From positions 1 through 49,545 of the forward strand of contig JBBTUX010000018.1 of assembly GCA_038063555.1 (NCBI GenBank): a DNA stretch of 49,545 nt, written 5' to 3'. Position numbers and translations under genes: made by a program. The notes beneath the pieces were generated by a model. It searched no databases. It was given only the letters and a program-made list of their open reading frames with translations, and was not told the DNA's origin. Shown piece after piece: positions 29,021 to 38,907 of this stretch. Numbering within the stretch: the stretch's first letter is position 1; each line of letters opens with the position of its first letter. This DNA is from Patescibacteria group bacterium (lineage in GTDB: Bacteria; Patescibacteriota; Minisyncoccia; Phycocordibacterales; JAKFXT01).

Positions 29021-29758
29021 TTATATTACTCTTGGCACTCCAAGCGAAGCCGTTTCTATTTCAATATCAGCAAAATGTTCTTGTTGGGCAACCGTTACCG
29101 CACCCTGTTTAACAAGTTCTAGCATTGCCAAAAAACCAACTATAATATTTATTCTTTCATCATCTCCACTTTGGTTTTTGGTAAAATCTCTAAAGGATGT
29201 TTTTAAAGATGTTTGAACTCTATCCACAAGGCGGGAAATCATCTCTTCTATACTTATAACTTTTTTAACTATAGCTTGAGGAATTAGTTCTTTTATTTGT
29301 ATAGAATTTATAACATTTTTAATTGATTCCAAAAGACTTTTCTTATTAATTTCTGGTTCAGGAGAAAAGACTGGTTGAAAGTATCTGTTCTCTGATTTTT
29401 GAAAAATTATATTTTTACCAAAATTCTTTTTAACATTTAAACTTAAGTCTCTTATTCTTTGTAGCATTTTGAGACGATATTCTAAATCCTTAATGTCATC
29501 CTGCTCATCAGTGGTTAAAGATAGTGTAGGCAGTAACGATTTTGATTTTATCAAAAGTAGAGTCGAAGCTATTAAAATAAAGTGAGCCATTTTAGCTGGT
29601 TTATATTCCTCTATTCCTTTGACATGAGAAAGAAAATCATCAGTCACTTTGGAAAGTGAGATGTCGTTTATATGTAATTTACGATCTTCTATAAGATTAA
29701 GTAATAAATCCAACGGTCCTTCAAATTGGTCTAGTTTGATAAGAAAATCTTGCGTCAT
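29021..29758 (-). CDS. scpA: Segregation/condensation protein A
   Basis: FEGPLDLLL.LI, L.IKSKSLLP, FLAMLELVK; start at MTQDF. Confidence 0.93.
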   Translation of the reverse strand: MTQDFLIKLDQFEGPLDLLLNLIEDRKLHINDISLSKVTDDFLSHVKGIEEYKPAKMAHFILIASTLLLIKSKSLLPTLSLTTDEQDDIKDLEYRLKMLQRIRDLSLNVKKNFGKNIIFQKSENRYFQPVFSPEPEINKKSLLESIKNVINSIQIKELIPQAIVKKVISIEEMISRLVDRVQTSLKTSFRDFTKNQSGDDERINIIVGFLAMLELVKQGAVTVAQQEHFADIEIETASLGVPRVI

Positions 29759-29762
29759 AGAT

Positions 29763-31073
29763 TTATTCTGAAAGTAGCGTATCAATACGATTTATGTCTC
29801 TGGGGAAGAGAGTTGCTTCTTTTATATTTGAAATTTCAAGCATTCTAGCCGTAAACCTTTCAAGTCCTGTAGAAGAACCTCCATGTGGTGGCATACCAAC
29901 TTTAAAAGCTTGTAAATAGAACGAGAAATTTTCTGGCTTCATTCCCCGCTCTTTAATACGCCTTACCATTTCCTCATAATTATGAATACGCTGACTACCA
30001 CTATTTATTTCTAATCCTCGGAAGAGTAGGTCGAATCCTCTAGAAAGTGGAGCTTCACTTTTTTCTTCATAAGTGTAGAAAGCTCTTTTTACTGTTGGAA
30101 AATGAGTTATAAAAACAAAATCACTGTTATGTTTTTCCTTAGCCCATTCGCAGATTGAACGTTCCTGCTCTGGTTCCATGTCATTTTCGTGTGGTGCGCC
30201 CAAAATGTCTTGTGCTTCATATAATTTAAGAATAGGAAATATCTCTGGGACTAAAGGAGTAGAAACTTTGAATCTGGCAAATATATCTTTGTGTTTTGTC
30301 GTCACTGCTTGGACTACATCTTTAATGACTTTTTCCAAAACATTCATTACGTCTGTGTGGTCCTTTATAAAACCCATTTCAAAATCCATTTGCGTCACCT
30401 CACTTAAGTGCCTAGCAGTAGAGTGTTTTTCTGCTCGAAAAATCTTAGCTATGGTAAAAGGTCTTTCAAAAACTCCCACCATGATTTCCTTATATAGTTG
30501 AGGACTAGTAGCTAAATACGCTACTTTGTTATAGTAATAATCAACTTTGAAAGCTGTCGCTCCCCCTTCAGCATCAGCCCCAGCTAGGGTCGGTGCCTGG
30601 AACTCAGTAAAGTCCTGTTTTCTTAAAGAAGAACGATATTCCTCAAGAATTGTAGCCTGCATAGTAAAAATATCTTTTCCACGCTGTGAGCGTATTGTAT
30701 ATGGAAGGTTGTCTAAATGGGTGTCTAGGTTTAGCTCTGAATTTAACTCAAACGGAACCTCAGCTTTAGATATTATTTTTATTGATTTTATTTCAAGTTC
30801 AATATCACCATTTTGAATTTCAGTGCTCATATTTTTTTCGGGTCGTTTATTTACAACTCCTTCCATTTCAACTACGAATTCTGGACGAATTTCCTTAGCT
30901 ACGGCTATAGCCTCTGTTGCACCGGGTAATACAACTCCCTGCACAGAGCCCGAACGGTCACGAATATCAAAAAACACCATTTTACCCTGGTCACGACGAA
31001 CAGAAATCCATCCTTTTATTAAGACATTTTTACCCACTTCGTTTTTTAAATCTTTTATTAAAACTCTTTCCAT
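29763..31073 (-). CDS. aspS: Aspartate--tRNA(Asp/Asn) ligase, short non-discriminating type
   Basis: OB fold, SPQLYK, FRAE..RHL.E, FDL, SGSQRIH, GMPPHGG..GLER; lacks GAD insertion. Confidence 0.88.
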   Translation of the reverse strand: MERVLIKDLKNEVGKNVLIKGWISVRRDQGKMVFFDIRDRSGSVQGVVLPGATEAIAVAKEIRPEFVVEMEGVVNKRPEKNMSTEIQNGDIELEIKSIKIISKAEVPFELNSELNLDTHLDNLPYTIRSQRGKDIFTMQATILEEYRSSLRKQDFTEFQAPTLAGADAEGGATAFKVDYYYNKVAYLATSPQLYKEIMVGVFERPFTIAKIFRAEKHSTARHLSEVTQMDFEMGFIKDHTDVMNVLEKVIKDVVQAVTTKHKDIFARFKVSTPLVPEIFPILKLYEAQDILGAPHENDMEPEQERSICEWAKEKHNSDFVFITHFPTVKRAFYTYEEKSEAPLSRGFDLLFRGLEINSGSQRIHNYEEMVRRIKERGMKPENFSFYLQAFKVGMPPHGGSSTGLERFTARMLEISNIKEATLFPRDINRIDTLLSE

Positions 31074-31080
31074 AACTTGA

Positions 31081-32067
31081 TTAAAAATCTAAACCTGTTT
31101 GCAAACGAACATCCTTCATGGTTTCACTTGCTTTTCTTTTGGCTTTTTTAGCTCCTTTTTCTAATATCTCTTTTATTTCTTTAGGATTATTCATTAAATT
31201 ATTGTAGATTTCTTTTTTATCTTTTCTCCAATCAATAATAGTGTTATACAAATCATCCTTGGCTTCTTTATAGGAATATCCTCCTTCTTCAAATTTGCTT
31301 CTTAGCAGAGAAACTTCTTTATCATTCAAAAATAACTTATGTATATTAAAGATTATATTTTCATCAGGATTTTTCCTTTCTTCTGGCGTTAAACTATCTG
31401 TTACTATGCTCATTATTAATTTTTTCAATTCCTCTTCACTTCCAAAAAGTGGAATGGTATTGCCTTTACTTTTACTCATTTTTTGACCATCTATTCCGGG
31501 AACTGTGGCAACATTTTCTAAAATATATTCTCTGGGAACTTTGAAGTAATCTATTCCCCATGCGCGATTGTAAAATCCAGCTATATCCCGAGCATATTCC
31601 ACGTGTTGTTTTTGGTCTTGCCCTACGGGCACAGTATTTGCTTGATACATCAAAATATCAGCGGCCATTAAAACAGGATAATCAAAAAGACCCGCGCTCA
31701 CTTCCTTACTTTTGGCCTCGTGATCTTTAAAAGCATGAGCTCTCATTAAATATGGAACAGTTACTACATTATTTAATATGGCGCAAAGTTCAGTGTGTTC
31801 CGGTATATCCGACTGCTTAAAAATAATAGCTTTGTCTGCATCAAGTCCACAAGCAATATAATTAGCCACTATATCTAGTGTTGCCTTGGATAAGGCTTCT
31901 TTATTTTTTACGGTAGTAAGGGCGTGATAATCAGCCACAAAAATATAGGATTCATACTCATTCCCATTTGCCAGAGCTATATTTTGCCTCATAGCGCCAA
32001 AATAATTGCCAAAATGAAGTCGCCCACTTGCCTGTATTCCAGAAACTAAGACCTTTTTATTGTTCAT
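31081..32067 (-). CDS. trpS: Tryptophan--tRNA ligase
   Basis: SGIQASGRLHFGNY, YPVLMAADIL, VPVGQDQ, KMSKS. Confidence 0.97.
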   Translation of the reverse strand: MNNKKVLVSGIQASGRLHFGNYFGAMRQNIALANGNEYESYIFVADYHALTTVKNKEALSKATLDIVANYIACGLDADKAIIFKQSDIPEHTELCAILNNVVTVPYLMRAHAFKDHEAKSKEVSAGLFDYPVLMAADILMYQANTVPVGQDQKQHVEYARDIAGFYNRAWGIDYFKVPREYILENVATVPGIDGQKMSKSKGNTIPLFGSEEELKKLIMSIVTDSLTPEERKNPDENIIFNIHKLFLNDKEVSLLRSKFEEGGYSYKEAKDDLYNTIIDWRKDKKEIYNNLMNNPKEIKEILEKGAKKAKRKASETMKDVRLQTGLDF

Positions 32068-32198
32068 CCTGTAGTGAAAAATGGCATCGCTTCTTTTAAA
32101 AGCAGAAAAACCAATTTTGTATTATTTTAATAACTTTTAACCCTTCTCCCACAGTTTTATAGACAACCACTGCTTCTAATGTAATTTTCTACTACGGG
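32068..32198. mobile_element. Family A element (131 bp) abutting the trpS ATG; sister of 9595-9725
   Basis: cat|cctgtagtgaaaaatggcatcgcttctttt...ttttctactacggg; same length as the dnaB copy. Confidence 0.85.
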
Positions 32199-32295
32199 AC
32201 AGGTTTCCCCTATCCTAACAAAAATTGCTTCCATTTTAAAGTGCGCCTGTATTCATAAATCACCTTTCCAAAATCTTTATAATAATCCCTATAAT

Positions 32296-32562
32296 CTATT
32301 CTAATATTCTCAAGAATTTGAGAATGCTTTGTCCACGGGAAGTAAGTTTTTGACGGACAAAGTTGCCCTCGTATCTTTTTATTAACAGATCAGCAATAGC
32401 CAATCTTCGTATATGTTCAGAGGCAGTTTTGAAATTGATTTTTAATATATCAGCAACTTCCTCAACCGAAAGTTCTGGTTTTCTTTGTAACAAATCCATA
32501 ATTTCAAGCCGTCTATGATTTGCTACTCCTTTTGTGATTCTTTCTGTGCTGCGCCAATTCAT
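32296..32562 (-). CDS. ArsR-like winged-helix regulator
   Basis: KGVANHRRLEIMDLL, LSVEEVADIL..NFKTASEHIRRL. Confidence 0.85.
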   Translation of the reverse strand: MNWRSTERITKGVANHRRLEIMDLLQRKPELSVEEVADILKINFKTASEHIRRLAIADLLIKRYEGNFVRQKLTSRGQSILKFLRILE

Positions 32563-32587
32563 ATTACTAATTTTACTATATTTTTTT

Positions 32588-32629
32588 TATATCTATTCTA
32601 GTATTCTTAAGAATACTAGAATAGATATA
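32588..32629. repeat. Perfect 42-bp palindrome upstream of the HTH gene
   Basis: tatatctattctagtattctt|aagaatactagaatagatata; near copy at 32294-32317. Confidence 0.85.
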
Positions 32630-32648
32630 GGTTGGTTTGTTAAGAGGT

Positions 32649-33359
32649 TTATACAGAAGTTTTTTTGTTTGTGGAGAATAATTTTTTAGGAATTATAAAT
32701 ATACCCAAAATCATTAGACCTGAAATGACAAATATTATATGTCCAGTGAGAGTCTGTATTTCACTTGACGAGGTATGAACCAAAAAAGCTGTAGTTCCCA
32801 TACTTGTTCCCGCTATGCCTATTATCATCAATCTGAAACGGGCATAAGAATCATCAACTATTGTAGCCGCTTGGTAAAAGACATAGTTCCAGAAAAGGCC
32901 ATACGTAAGACTGGATAAACCTATAAGCCATTGAGCTATTTTATTTACATTCCAAAAAATAATACCGGAATCATTAATAAGAGGTGTCCTAAAATCATAA
33001 GACATAATGATTAAAGTTATAGAAGCAATTAGAGTTATAACCAAACTACCAATTGTTGGAAAATTCATGTTTGTAGCATGCTTTGTCATAAAATTTTGAA
33101 CTTCAAGACCAGAAATCTGAACTAAAAAAAGGGCTGCGATTCCTACTATGTATCCAATTGCTAACAAATCAAGATTCCCCGGGTCTATTATTGTTGGTAT
33201 TGAAAAGGCGTATGCGTGCAGTGCTATCCAAAAAGATACAAAAGCGAGCGATAAGCTGGCTCTTTGTTTTGTTTTAAAATAAGAAATGAAAAAGAAAATA
33301 GAAGTTATAAGGCATAGTGTGCCTCCTACCATGAAAAAGAACGTTGTTGTAAATTCCAT
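32649..33359 (-). CDS. Multi-pass (~7 TM) membrane protein
   Basis: About seven hydrophobic segments, architecture like the neighbouring kinase's sensor domain. Confidence 0.7.
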   Translation of the reverse strand: MEFTTTFFFMVGGTLCLITSIFFFISYFKTKQRASLSLAFVSFWIALHAYAFSIPTIIDPGNLDLLAIGYIVGIAALFLVQISGLEVQNFMTKHATNMNFPTIGSLVITLIASITLIIMSYDFRTPLINDSGIIFWNVNKIAQWLIGLSSLTYGLFWNYVFYQAATIVDDSYARFRLMIIGIAGTSMGTTAFLVHTSSSEIQTLTGHIIFVISGLMILGIFIIPKKLFSTNKKTSV

Positions 33360-33378
33360 TTTTTAATTTTAATTCAAA

Positions 33379-35028
33379 CTAAACATTTTTTGCAAATTCA
33401 TTTACTCTATTTATACGTGCTGCTTCTAGATTTTCATCAAACTCTACAAAGAATTGAGAACCACTGCCCTTACCATCTGACGTTACCCAAACACGGCCCT
33501 TATGGCCATTTATAATTTCTTTAACAACATAAAGCCCAAGGCCTGCCCCTGCAACATTTATTTTATTGGCATCCTTTGCTCTGCCAAATTTAGAAAACAA
33601 TTGAGGGATAGTTTCTTTATCAATTCCAACTCCAGTATCAGATATAGAGAAAATAATTTTATTTCTAGCTGGCTCTTTATAAAGACGCACAGAAATTGAT
33701 CCTTTAGGTGTGTATTTAACGGAGTTATCGATTAAGTTTGTAATGACTTGGCGTATTTTATTTACATCAATACTAACAAAGTATGGGTTTTTTTTGTCAG
33801 TTGAAAAGCTAATTTTAAGACCCGCTCTTTGAGCTGTTGCCTCTTGTTCTTCCACGACTATTTTAATCAGTTTTTCAATATCAGCTGTTTCCATATTGTA
33901 TTTCATTGTCCCCTGTTCTATACGAGAAATATTAAGAAAGTCCTCAACCATAACAACTAAAGACATACTGGATTGGAATATTTTATTTATAGCTTCGTGG
34001 ACCCCATAGGTTATTTTTCCATAGGAGCCATCCAAAATAAGCGAAGCATAACCTTTTATAGCCGTAAGAGGACTTCTAAGTTGATGTGAGGCAATAGAAA
34101 CGAATTCTGACTTCAGCTTATCCAACTCTTTAAGTCGAGCGTTGGCAGTTGAAAGATCTTTCGCTAAACGCTCAATCTCTTCCCGAGATTCAACTTCTTT
34201 GATTACACTTTTAATAAGAAAAATTCCAAGAACTACTGTTATTAATAATAGACCACCGTTGATTAACTGATCCTCAGGAGTTTTAGAAAGAAAGGCGCGA
34301 ATTGAAATTGTTATCCATAATGAAAATGTTAGTAATTCTGCAGCAATAACTTTTACATTAAACAGTTTGTGTCTAAGAATTGCGTACGCAGTAAAAGTTA
34401 CAAAAATTATAGTTAACATTGGACCAAGCCAATATAAATCAAAATTACCAAAATATGGGAAAACTATATCAAAAATTAATCCAGAAAATACCGATAATCC
34501 TGTGCCAATGATTATAAAAGACAATCTATATTTGTTTTCTCTATTTTCTACTTTATATCTTTTATAAAAATTTAAATAACTCCATAAAAAGTAAACGAAC
34601 ATCAATAAACCATATATAGGATATATGGGGCCAAAGACAACATTTTTTTCTTCTGAAGTAATATGATTAACGGAGTTTATTGTTAACGGTGAGAAAATAA
34701 TTGAAACAATAAGTAATAAGGTGGGGACAGTTATTGGTATAAAAAAGACACGATAACTATTTTTTGATAAAAATGAATAGCTAAAACGAAGAAAAAATGT
34801 TGATATTAATATACCTGATATGTAAAGAAGTTTTGTTGGAATTATAAGTGTTTCCAAGCTGTCAATTTTTCTGAAAAAAAACATTGAAAGAACCCAAATA
34901 GTTGTACAATAGGCAGCAAGAGAAAAATAAATAGAACCACCGCTGTTCTTTCTATTAATGAAAATAAGAGTAGCTAAAACAAAATTTACCGAAAAAACCG
35001 TAGCAAGGATGACGTTTATGAAATCCAT
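33379..35028 (-). CDS. Sensor histidine kinase with N-terminal 7TM (HisKA_7TM-like) domain
   Basis: ASHQLRSPL H-box, NLIDNSVKY N-box, DTGVGI, GAGLGL; multi-TM N-terminus. Confidence 0.92.
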   Translation of the reverse strand: MDFINVILATVFSVNFVLATLIFINRKNSGGSIYFSLAAYCTTIWVLSMFFFRKIDSLETLIIPTKLLYISGILISTFFLRFSYSFLSKNSYRVFFIPITVPTLLLIVSIIFSPLTINSVNHITSEEKNVVFGPIYPIYGLLMFVYFLWSYLNFYKRYKVENRENKYRLSFIIIGTGLSVFSGLIFDIVFPYFGNFDLYWLGPMLTIIFVTFTAYAILRHKLFNVKVIAAELLTFSLWITISIRAFLSKTPEDQLINGGLLLITVVLGIFLIKSVIKEVESREEIERLAKDLSTANARLKELDKLKSEFVSIASHQLRSPLTAIKGYASLILDGSYGKITYGVHEAINKIFQSSMSLVVMVEDFLNISRIEQGTMKYNMETADIEKLIKIVVEEQEATAQRAGLKISFSTDKKNPYFVSIDVNKIRQVITNLIDNSVKYTPKGSISVRLYKEPARNKIIFSISDTGVGIDKETIPQLFSKFGRAKDANKINVAGAGLGLYVVKEIINGHKGRVWVTSDGKGSGSQFFVEFDENLEAARINRVNEFAKNV

Positions 35029-35029
35029 T

Positions 35030-36109
35030 TTAAATTTCTAGTTTTAATAATACATTTCTTCTATATTCGTATTCTTTTTCATCTATTTCTATTTTTTCAG
35101 CTACAATTTTTCCGGTAAACATAACTTGGAGATTAAACCACCATTTTTCATTATCTAGTATAAAATTCTTTGTTTTAAAAGAATATAAACGGTTAGTTTT
35201 TTCATCTTTAATTACAATAAATGGTAATATATAAAAAAGTACCGTTGTATCTCTCCATCCCCATAATTTCCCTAAAACAATAGGCTTTGTTATTTGTTCC
35301 CAGGCGAGTATATTAAAAGCATTAGCAGATCGTTTAAAAACAAAGAAAGGCCATTTTTCTTCTAGTGAAAGAATTGGGCGGTGAATATCAATCATAGAGA
35401 TAGTACCTCCCTTTTTTAACACAGTAAGTACTTCACTAAGACATTGTATAGGGTTATCTATACCGCCAATTCCAAACATTATTGTTGCACAATCAAAATA
35501 ATTATCTGTAAAAGTTTGAAGTTCACTTTTTTGTAGATTTCTTGCGTCAGCTCTTAAAAATTTTACTGCATTTTCATTGTTTATGAGATTTAGTTTTACA
35601 AGTCTTGGAACTGTCACAGATTTTGCAACATTCAACATTTCTTGACTGTAATCTATTGCACTTATTACCCCCTTCTTATTAAATAATTTCATCATCTTCA
35701 GTATTTCCTCAACCGAAAGTCCCACTCCAGTGGCTACATCTAGTATTTTAAGAGGTTCTTTAGAATGTATTGCATGGGAAACAATATCTATGCCCACCTG
35801 TCTTCTCCACCAAGTATCCCGATAATTTGTTGTAATATGGTGTTTTTGTTCGTACGATTTCGCCTCACGACCATATATTTTCTCAACTTCATCATTATCT
35901 ATTAAATTTTCATCATAATCTTTATACGAAGTACCAATAATTTTCAATCTAAATAAGATAAAAAATTTAAATAAAGAAAGTAAAATTTTGTAATATGAGT
36001 AGTCAAATATACCAATTTCTGTGATTTGAGGTTCATTTAAAAACGGAGGAAGATTTTTCTCCCTTTCAATTATTTGCTTTTTCAAAATTGGGTCAATTTT
36101 TAATTTCAT
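35030..36109 (-). CDS. Class I SAM-dependent methyltransferase (UbiE-like core)
   Basis: ILDVATGVG, IDYSQEML, ADARNL, FDCATIMFG, VLKKGG. Confidence 0.85.
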   Translation of the reverse strand: MKLKIDPILKKQIIEREKNLPPFLNEPQITEIGIFDYSYYKILLSLFKFFILFRLKIIGTSYKDYDENLIDNDEVEKIYGREAKSYEQKHHITTNYRDTWWRRQVGIDIVSHAIHSKEPLKILDVATGVGLSVEEILKMMKLFNKKGVISAIDYSQEMLNVAKSVTVPRLVKLNLINNENAVKFLRADARNLQKSELQTFTDNYFDCATIMFGIGGIDNPIQCLSEVLTVLKKGGTISMIDIHRPILSLEEKWPFFVFKRSANAFNILAWEQITKPIVLGKLWGWRDTTVLFYILPFIVIKDEKTNRLYSFKTKNFILDNEKWWFNLQVMFTGKIVAEKIEIDEKEYEYRRNVLLKLEI

Positions 36110-36112
36110 GGT

Positions 36113-37354
36113 TTAACTAAGTTTTTGACGTTCTTTTAATTTGGCAATGAAATTACGTGTTAAATTTTCTAAAAAATGTTCTTCAAATTTAAACTCCTTA
36201 TCGAATCTTTCTTTTCCAACAATGAGACGGGTGTTTTCCACCACATAGTGATTAGAGTGTAACATATAAAATTTGTAAAATTTAAGTATACGGGCAAAGG
36301 ATTTTAAATCTTTATTGAATATTCCTAAAAATCCAATAAAAGAAAAATAAGAAGCAATTATAATTTCTGGTGCTTTGAATGTTAAAAGTTGTAAATTTAA
36401 ACCAGATAAGGTTTGCTTCGTCACTTCTTCCATTGAAAATGGATTGGGATTTGTAATATGAAATATATTACCCAAAGATTTTTTATTTTTTGCTACAACA
36501 ATCATCCACTCTATTGCGACGTTAACTGGCATAAGATTAAGAAAAACATTCTTTATATAAGGAAAGGGTATAAATGCATGTAAGATATTATTTTTAAAGT
36601 TTAATCCAAAAAATTTACTTAAATTTGGGTGCTTTTTATAAAATTTTGTCATTTTTTGCTTTAAATTTTCCAATCCCGCAATAACTGAGTAGTATCCAAA
36701 AAAACTAAGTGTATGCCGTCTGTATTCAACAAGTATACTGGGACGAAATATTATAAAGGAATTTTTGTTTTCTTTTCCCCATTCAAAAATTATTCGCTCT
36801 GCTTCATATTTGCTTTCTTCGTATGGGTTATTGAAAATGACTGGTTTTACTAAAACATTTTCTTGAATAAGATTTTTATTAATTCGACCATGTATATAAG
36901 CTGTACTTGTATAGTAAATAGGGCATTTTAGAAAAGTTACAAAGGATAATATATTTTCTAAAACAACTATATTATCATTAAAAATTTCTTTTCTTTTTTC
37001 TTCTTTAAAACTTAAATTTGCAGATAAGTGCCAAACGGCATCTATTTCTTTTAACTTTGTTATTTCTGGATGTAAAAGTAAGTTTTTCATGTTTAAATCA
37101 ACTTCAATTACCTGAATTAAATTTTTATCAATCGTAGGTTCAATCTGCTTTAAAATAGAAAAAACCCTGTCATAAGCCCTATGCTCATTTTTTGCTCTGG
37201 TAAGAAAAATTACCTTGTTTCCTTCTGAAAGTAGATCTACGGAAAGACGGGAACCTAAAAACCCAGTACCCCCTGTTACAACATATGTTTTTTGACCACC
37301 AGACTTACTAAAAGGCGGATTAATTTTAATCACTTTTTGGCTCAACATTACCAA
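36113..37354 (-). CDS. Extended SDR / NAD_binding_4 (thioester or fatty acyl reductase-like) protein
   Basis: VTGGTGFLG, WHLSANLSF, TSTAY, NPYEESKYEAE, FRPSIL, LNLMPV. Confidence 0.82.
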   Translation of the reverse strand: MVMLSQKVIKINPPFSKSGGQKTYVVTGGTGFLGSRLSVDLLSEGNKVIFLTRAKNEHRAYDRVFSILKQIEPTIDKNLIQVIEVDLNMKNLLLHPEITKLKEIDAVWHLSANLSFKEEKRKEIFNDNIVVLENILSFVTFLKCPIYYTSTAYIHGRINKNLIQENVLVKPVIFNNPYEESKYEAERIIFEWGKENKNSFIIFRPSILVEYRRHTLSFFGYYSVIAGLENLKQKMTKFYKKHPNLSKFFGLNFKNNILHAFIPFPYIKNVFLNLMPVNVAIEWMIVVAKNKKSLGNIFHITNPNPFSMEEVTKQTLSGLNLQLLTFKAPEIIIASYFSFIGFLGIFNKDLKSFARILKFYKFYMLHSNHYVVENTRLIVGKERFDKEFKFEEHFLENLTRNFIAKLKERQKLS

Positions 37355-37504
37355 AATTATACCAGATTATTACCAATATTGATTTTTTATTTAAAAGTCA
37401 CAGCAAAAAAGAAAAATTGATGAGATGTTGACATTACAATAACGTATATTACCATGTATATGGGTAGAATTTTCTGCTCGGCACTCATTAATAAGGAGCA
37501 TTGA

Positions 37505-37842
37505 ATGACTAAGACCGCAGTTCCCTTACCAAGATTCGACTTGCACAACGTTGAAGAGCCGCACTCAGGGAAAACCACAAGCTTTTCGGTGGGACTCCCC
37601 TGACGGAAGCTCAGATTACTTCTAGTTTGCAGGACTATCGGAAGTTCCTGCAGAATCACAAGGAGAGAGGGACGCCGAAAGAGTTCTTGGTCCCACCGCC
37701 TCACATCGACAGGGTCTGGCATACGCATATGTGTGAGACCCGCCAGTACATCGATGATTGCATGTCGTACTTCGGTCGGATCTTTCACCATTCGGCCGGC
37801 CTGTGCGACGCACATCCGCACCCGGCACGTTACCAGACGTGA
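37505..37842 (+). pseudogene. Frameshifted glycine-rich-domain-like (DUF1399/TIGR04222-type) gene
   Basis: AAGGAG+ATG 37505 frame stops near 37601; -1 frame from 37555 encodes YRKFL..PPPHIDRVWHTHM..TRQY..DC..FGRIFHH. Confidence 0.6.
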
Positions 37843-37911
37843 CAGTTGCAACCCGAGGATGGAAAGTGAGTAAATCACTCTCCATCCTCATCTTTTTTTA
37901 AATTAAAAACA

Positions 37912-38232
37912 ATGACAAAATACATTCTTTGGAAAATAAAACCTGGTAAACGAACCGTTTGGGAAAAATGGTGTAAATCAATTATGACCTCTCATCAACA
38001 AGAAGCGTTAGAAACACTTATTGAAGAAGATTTGGTGCACGAAAAATGTTTAATTTTGGGAAAAGGTGACGAAAGCTATGTGCTTTACAAACATCAATCT
38101 GTCAGGGGTAAGGAAAAAAAACCAGCAAACATGTCTCGTTCTCTAAACAAAAAACATTTTGAAATCCTCTATGAATGTCTAGAGCGTGTGCCTGGCGCTA
38201 CTGTGACTGGGTATGATTTGAAAGTTGGGTAA
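37912..38232 (+). CDS. Hypothetical protein (DUF6176-like)
   Basis: KIKPGK..W..EALETL.EE....E pattern. Confidence 0.6.
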   Translation: MTKYILWKIKPGKRTVWEKWCKSIMTSHQQEALETLIEEDLVHEKCLILGKGDESYVLYKHQSVRGKEKKPANMSRSLNKKHFEILYECLERVPGATVTGYDLKVG

Positions 38233-38357
38233 TTTCAGACATTACTTTCTCGTTCATTACGATTTTATTTAGATATCATATATTACATCTGTAATACGGG
38301 TTGTTTCAGCAATCCCCCTATTATCTATTATTTAGCTGTGAAATGCGGAGAAGGTCG

Positions 38358-38606
38358 TTATTTCGGGTGTTTAATTATTGAAATGATAATGTAATGGGGC
38401 GCAATCACAAAAAAATAGAAACGCCAATCTTTGTCTATTCGCGCCTGCCACAAATCGTTATTGCCTTTATACTTCTTTGTATGAAGTGAAGGATGACGAA
38501 AATCGGAAAAAAGATACTCAAATTGTTTATTAGTTTTCTTTTGAAGAATGGGAGAGAGATTCAGATATTGCTTGAGCGCAGTCAGAGAAAGTTTAACGCG
38601 CATCAT
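38358..38606 (-). CDS. RelE/ParE-family toxin
   Basis: HPSLHTKKY, WQARIDKDWRFYF; overlaps the antitoxin stop. Confidence 0.8.
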   Translation of the reverse strand: MMRVKLSLTALKQYLNLSPILQKKTNKQFEYLFSDFRHPSLHTKKYKGNNDLWQARIDKDWRFYFFVIAPHYIIISIIKHPK

Positions 38607-38853
38607 ATCCCTTGATTTTCTTTTTAAATTCAGAAATTGACCCAAACTCAATAAATTTACCTCGCTTTATGTCATTTAAAGATTTCTCTATGTCACGAAG
38701 CAAGGTTGCTTCGGGAAATTCCGCTCGTTCCAGCACAATACGATTATCATTTTCTGATACTCTAAGCACATCACCTTCAGAGAGATTGAGTGATTCACGA
38801 ATTTTTTTAGGGAGCGTCAATGTCCCCCTCTGCTGTATTTTTATTATATTCAC
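38593..38853 (-). CDS. AbrB/MazE/SpoVT-family antitoxin
   Basis: RGTLTLPKKIRESLNLSEGD; C-terminal SLNDIKRGK. Confidence 0.85.
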   Translation of the reverse strand: MNIIKIQQRGTLTLPKKIRESLNLSEGDVLRVSENDNRIVLERAEFPEATLLRDIEKSLNDIKRGKFIEFGSISEFKKKIKGYDAR

Positions 38854-38907
38854 ATTAGTATAATATCAGATATACAGATTTTCTGCAAATCCGTATAGGC
38901 CCTTAAC

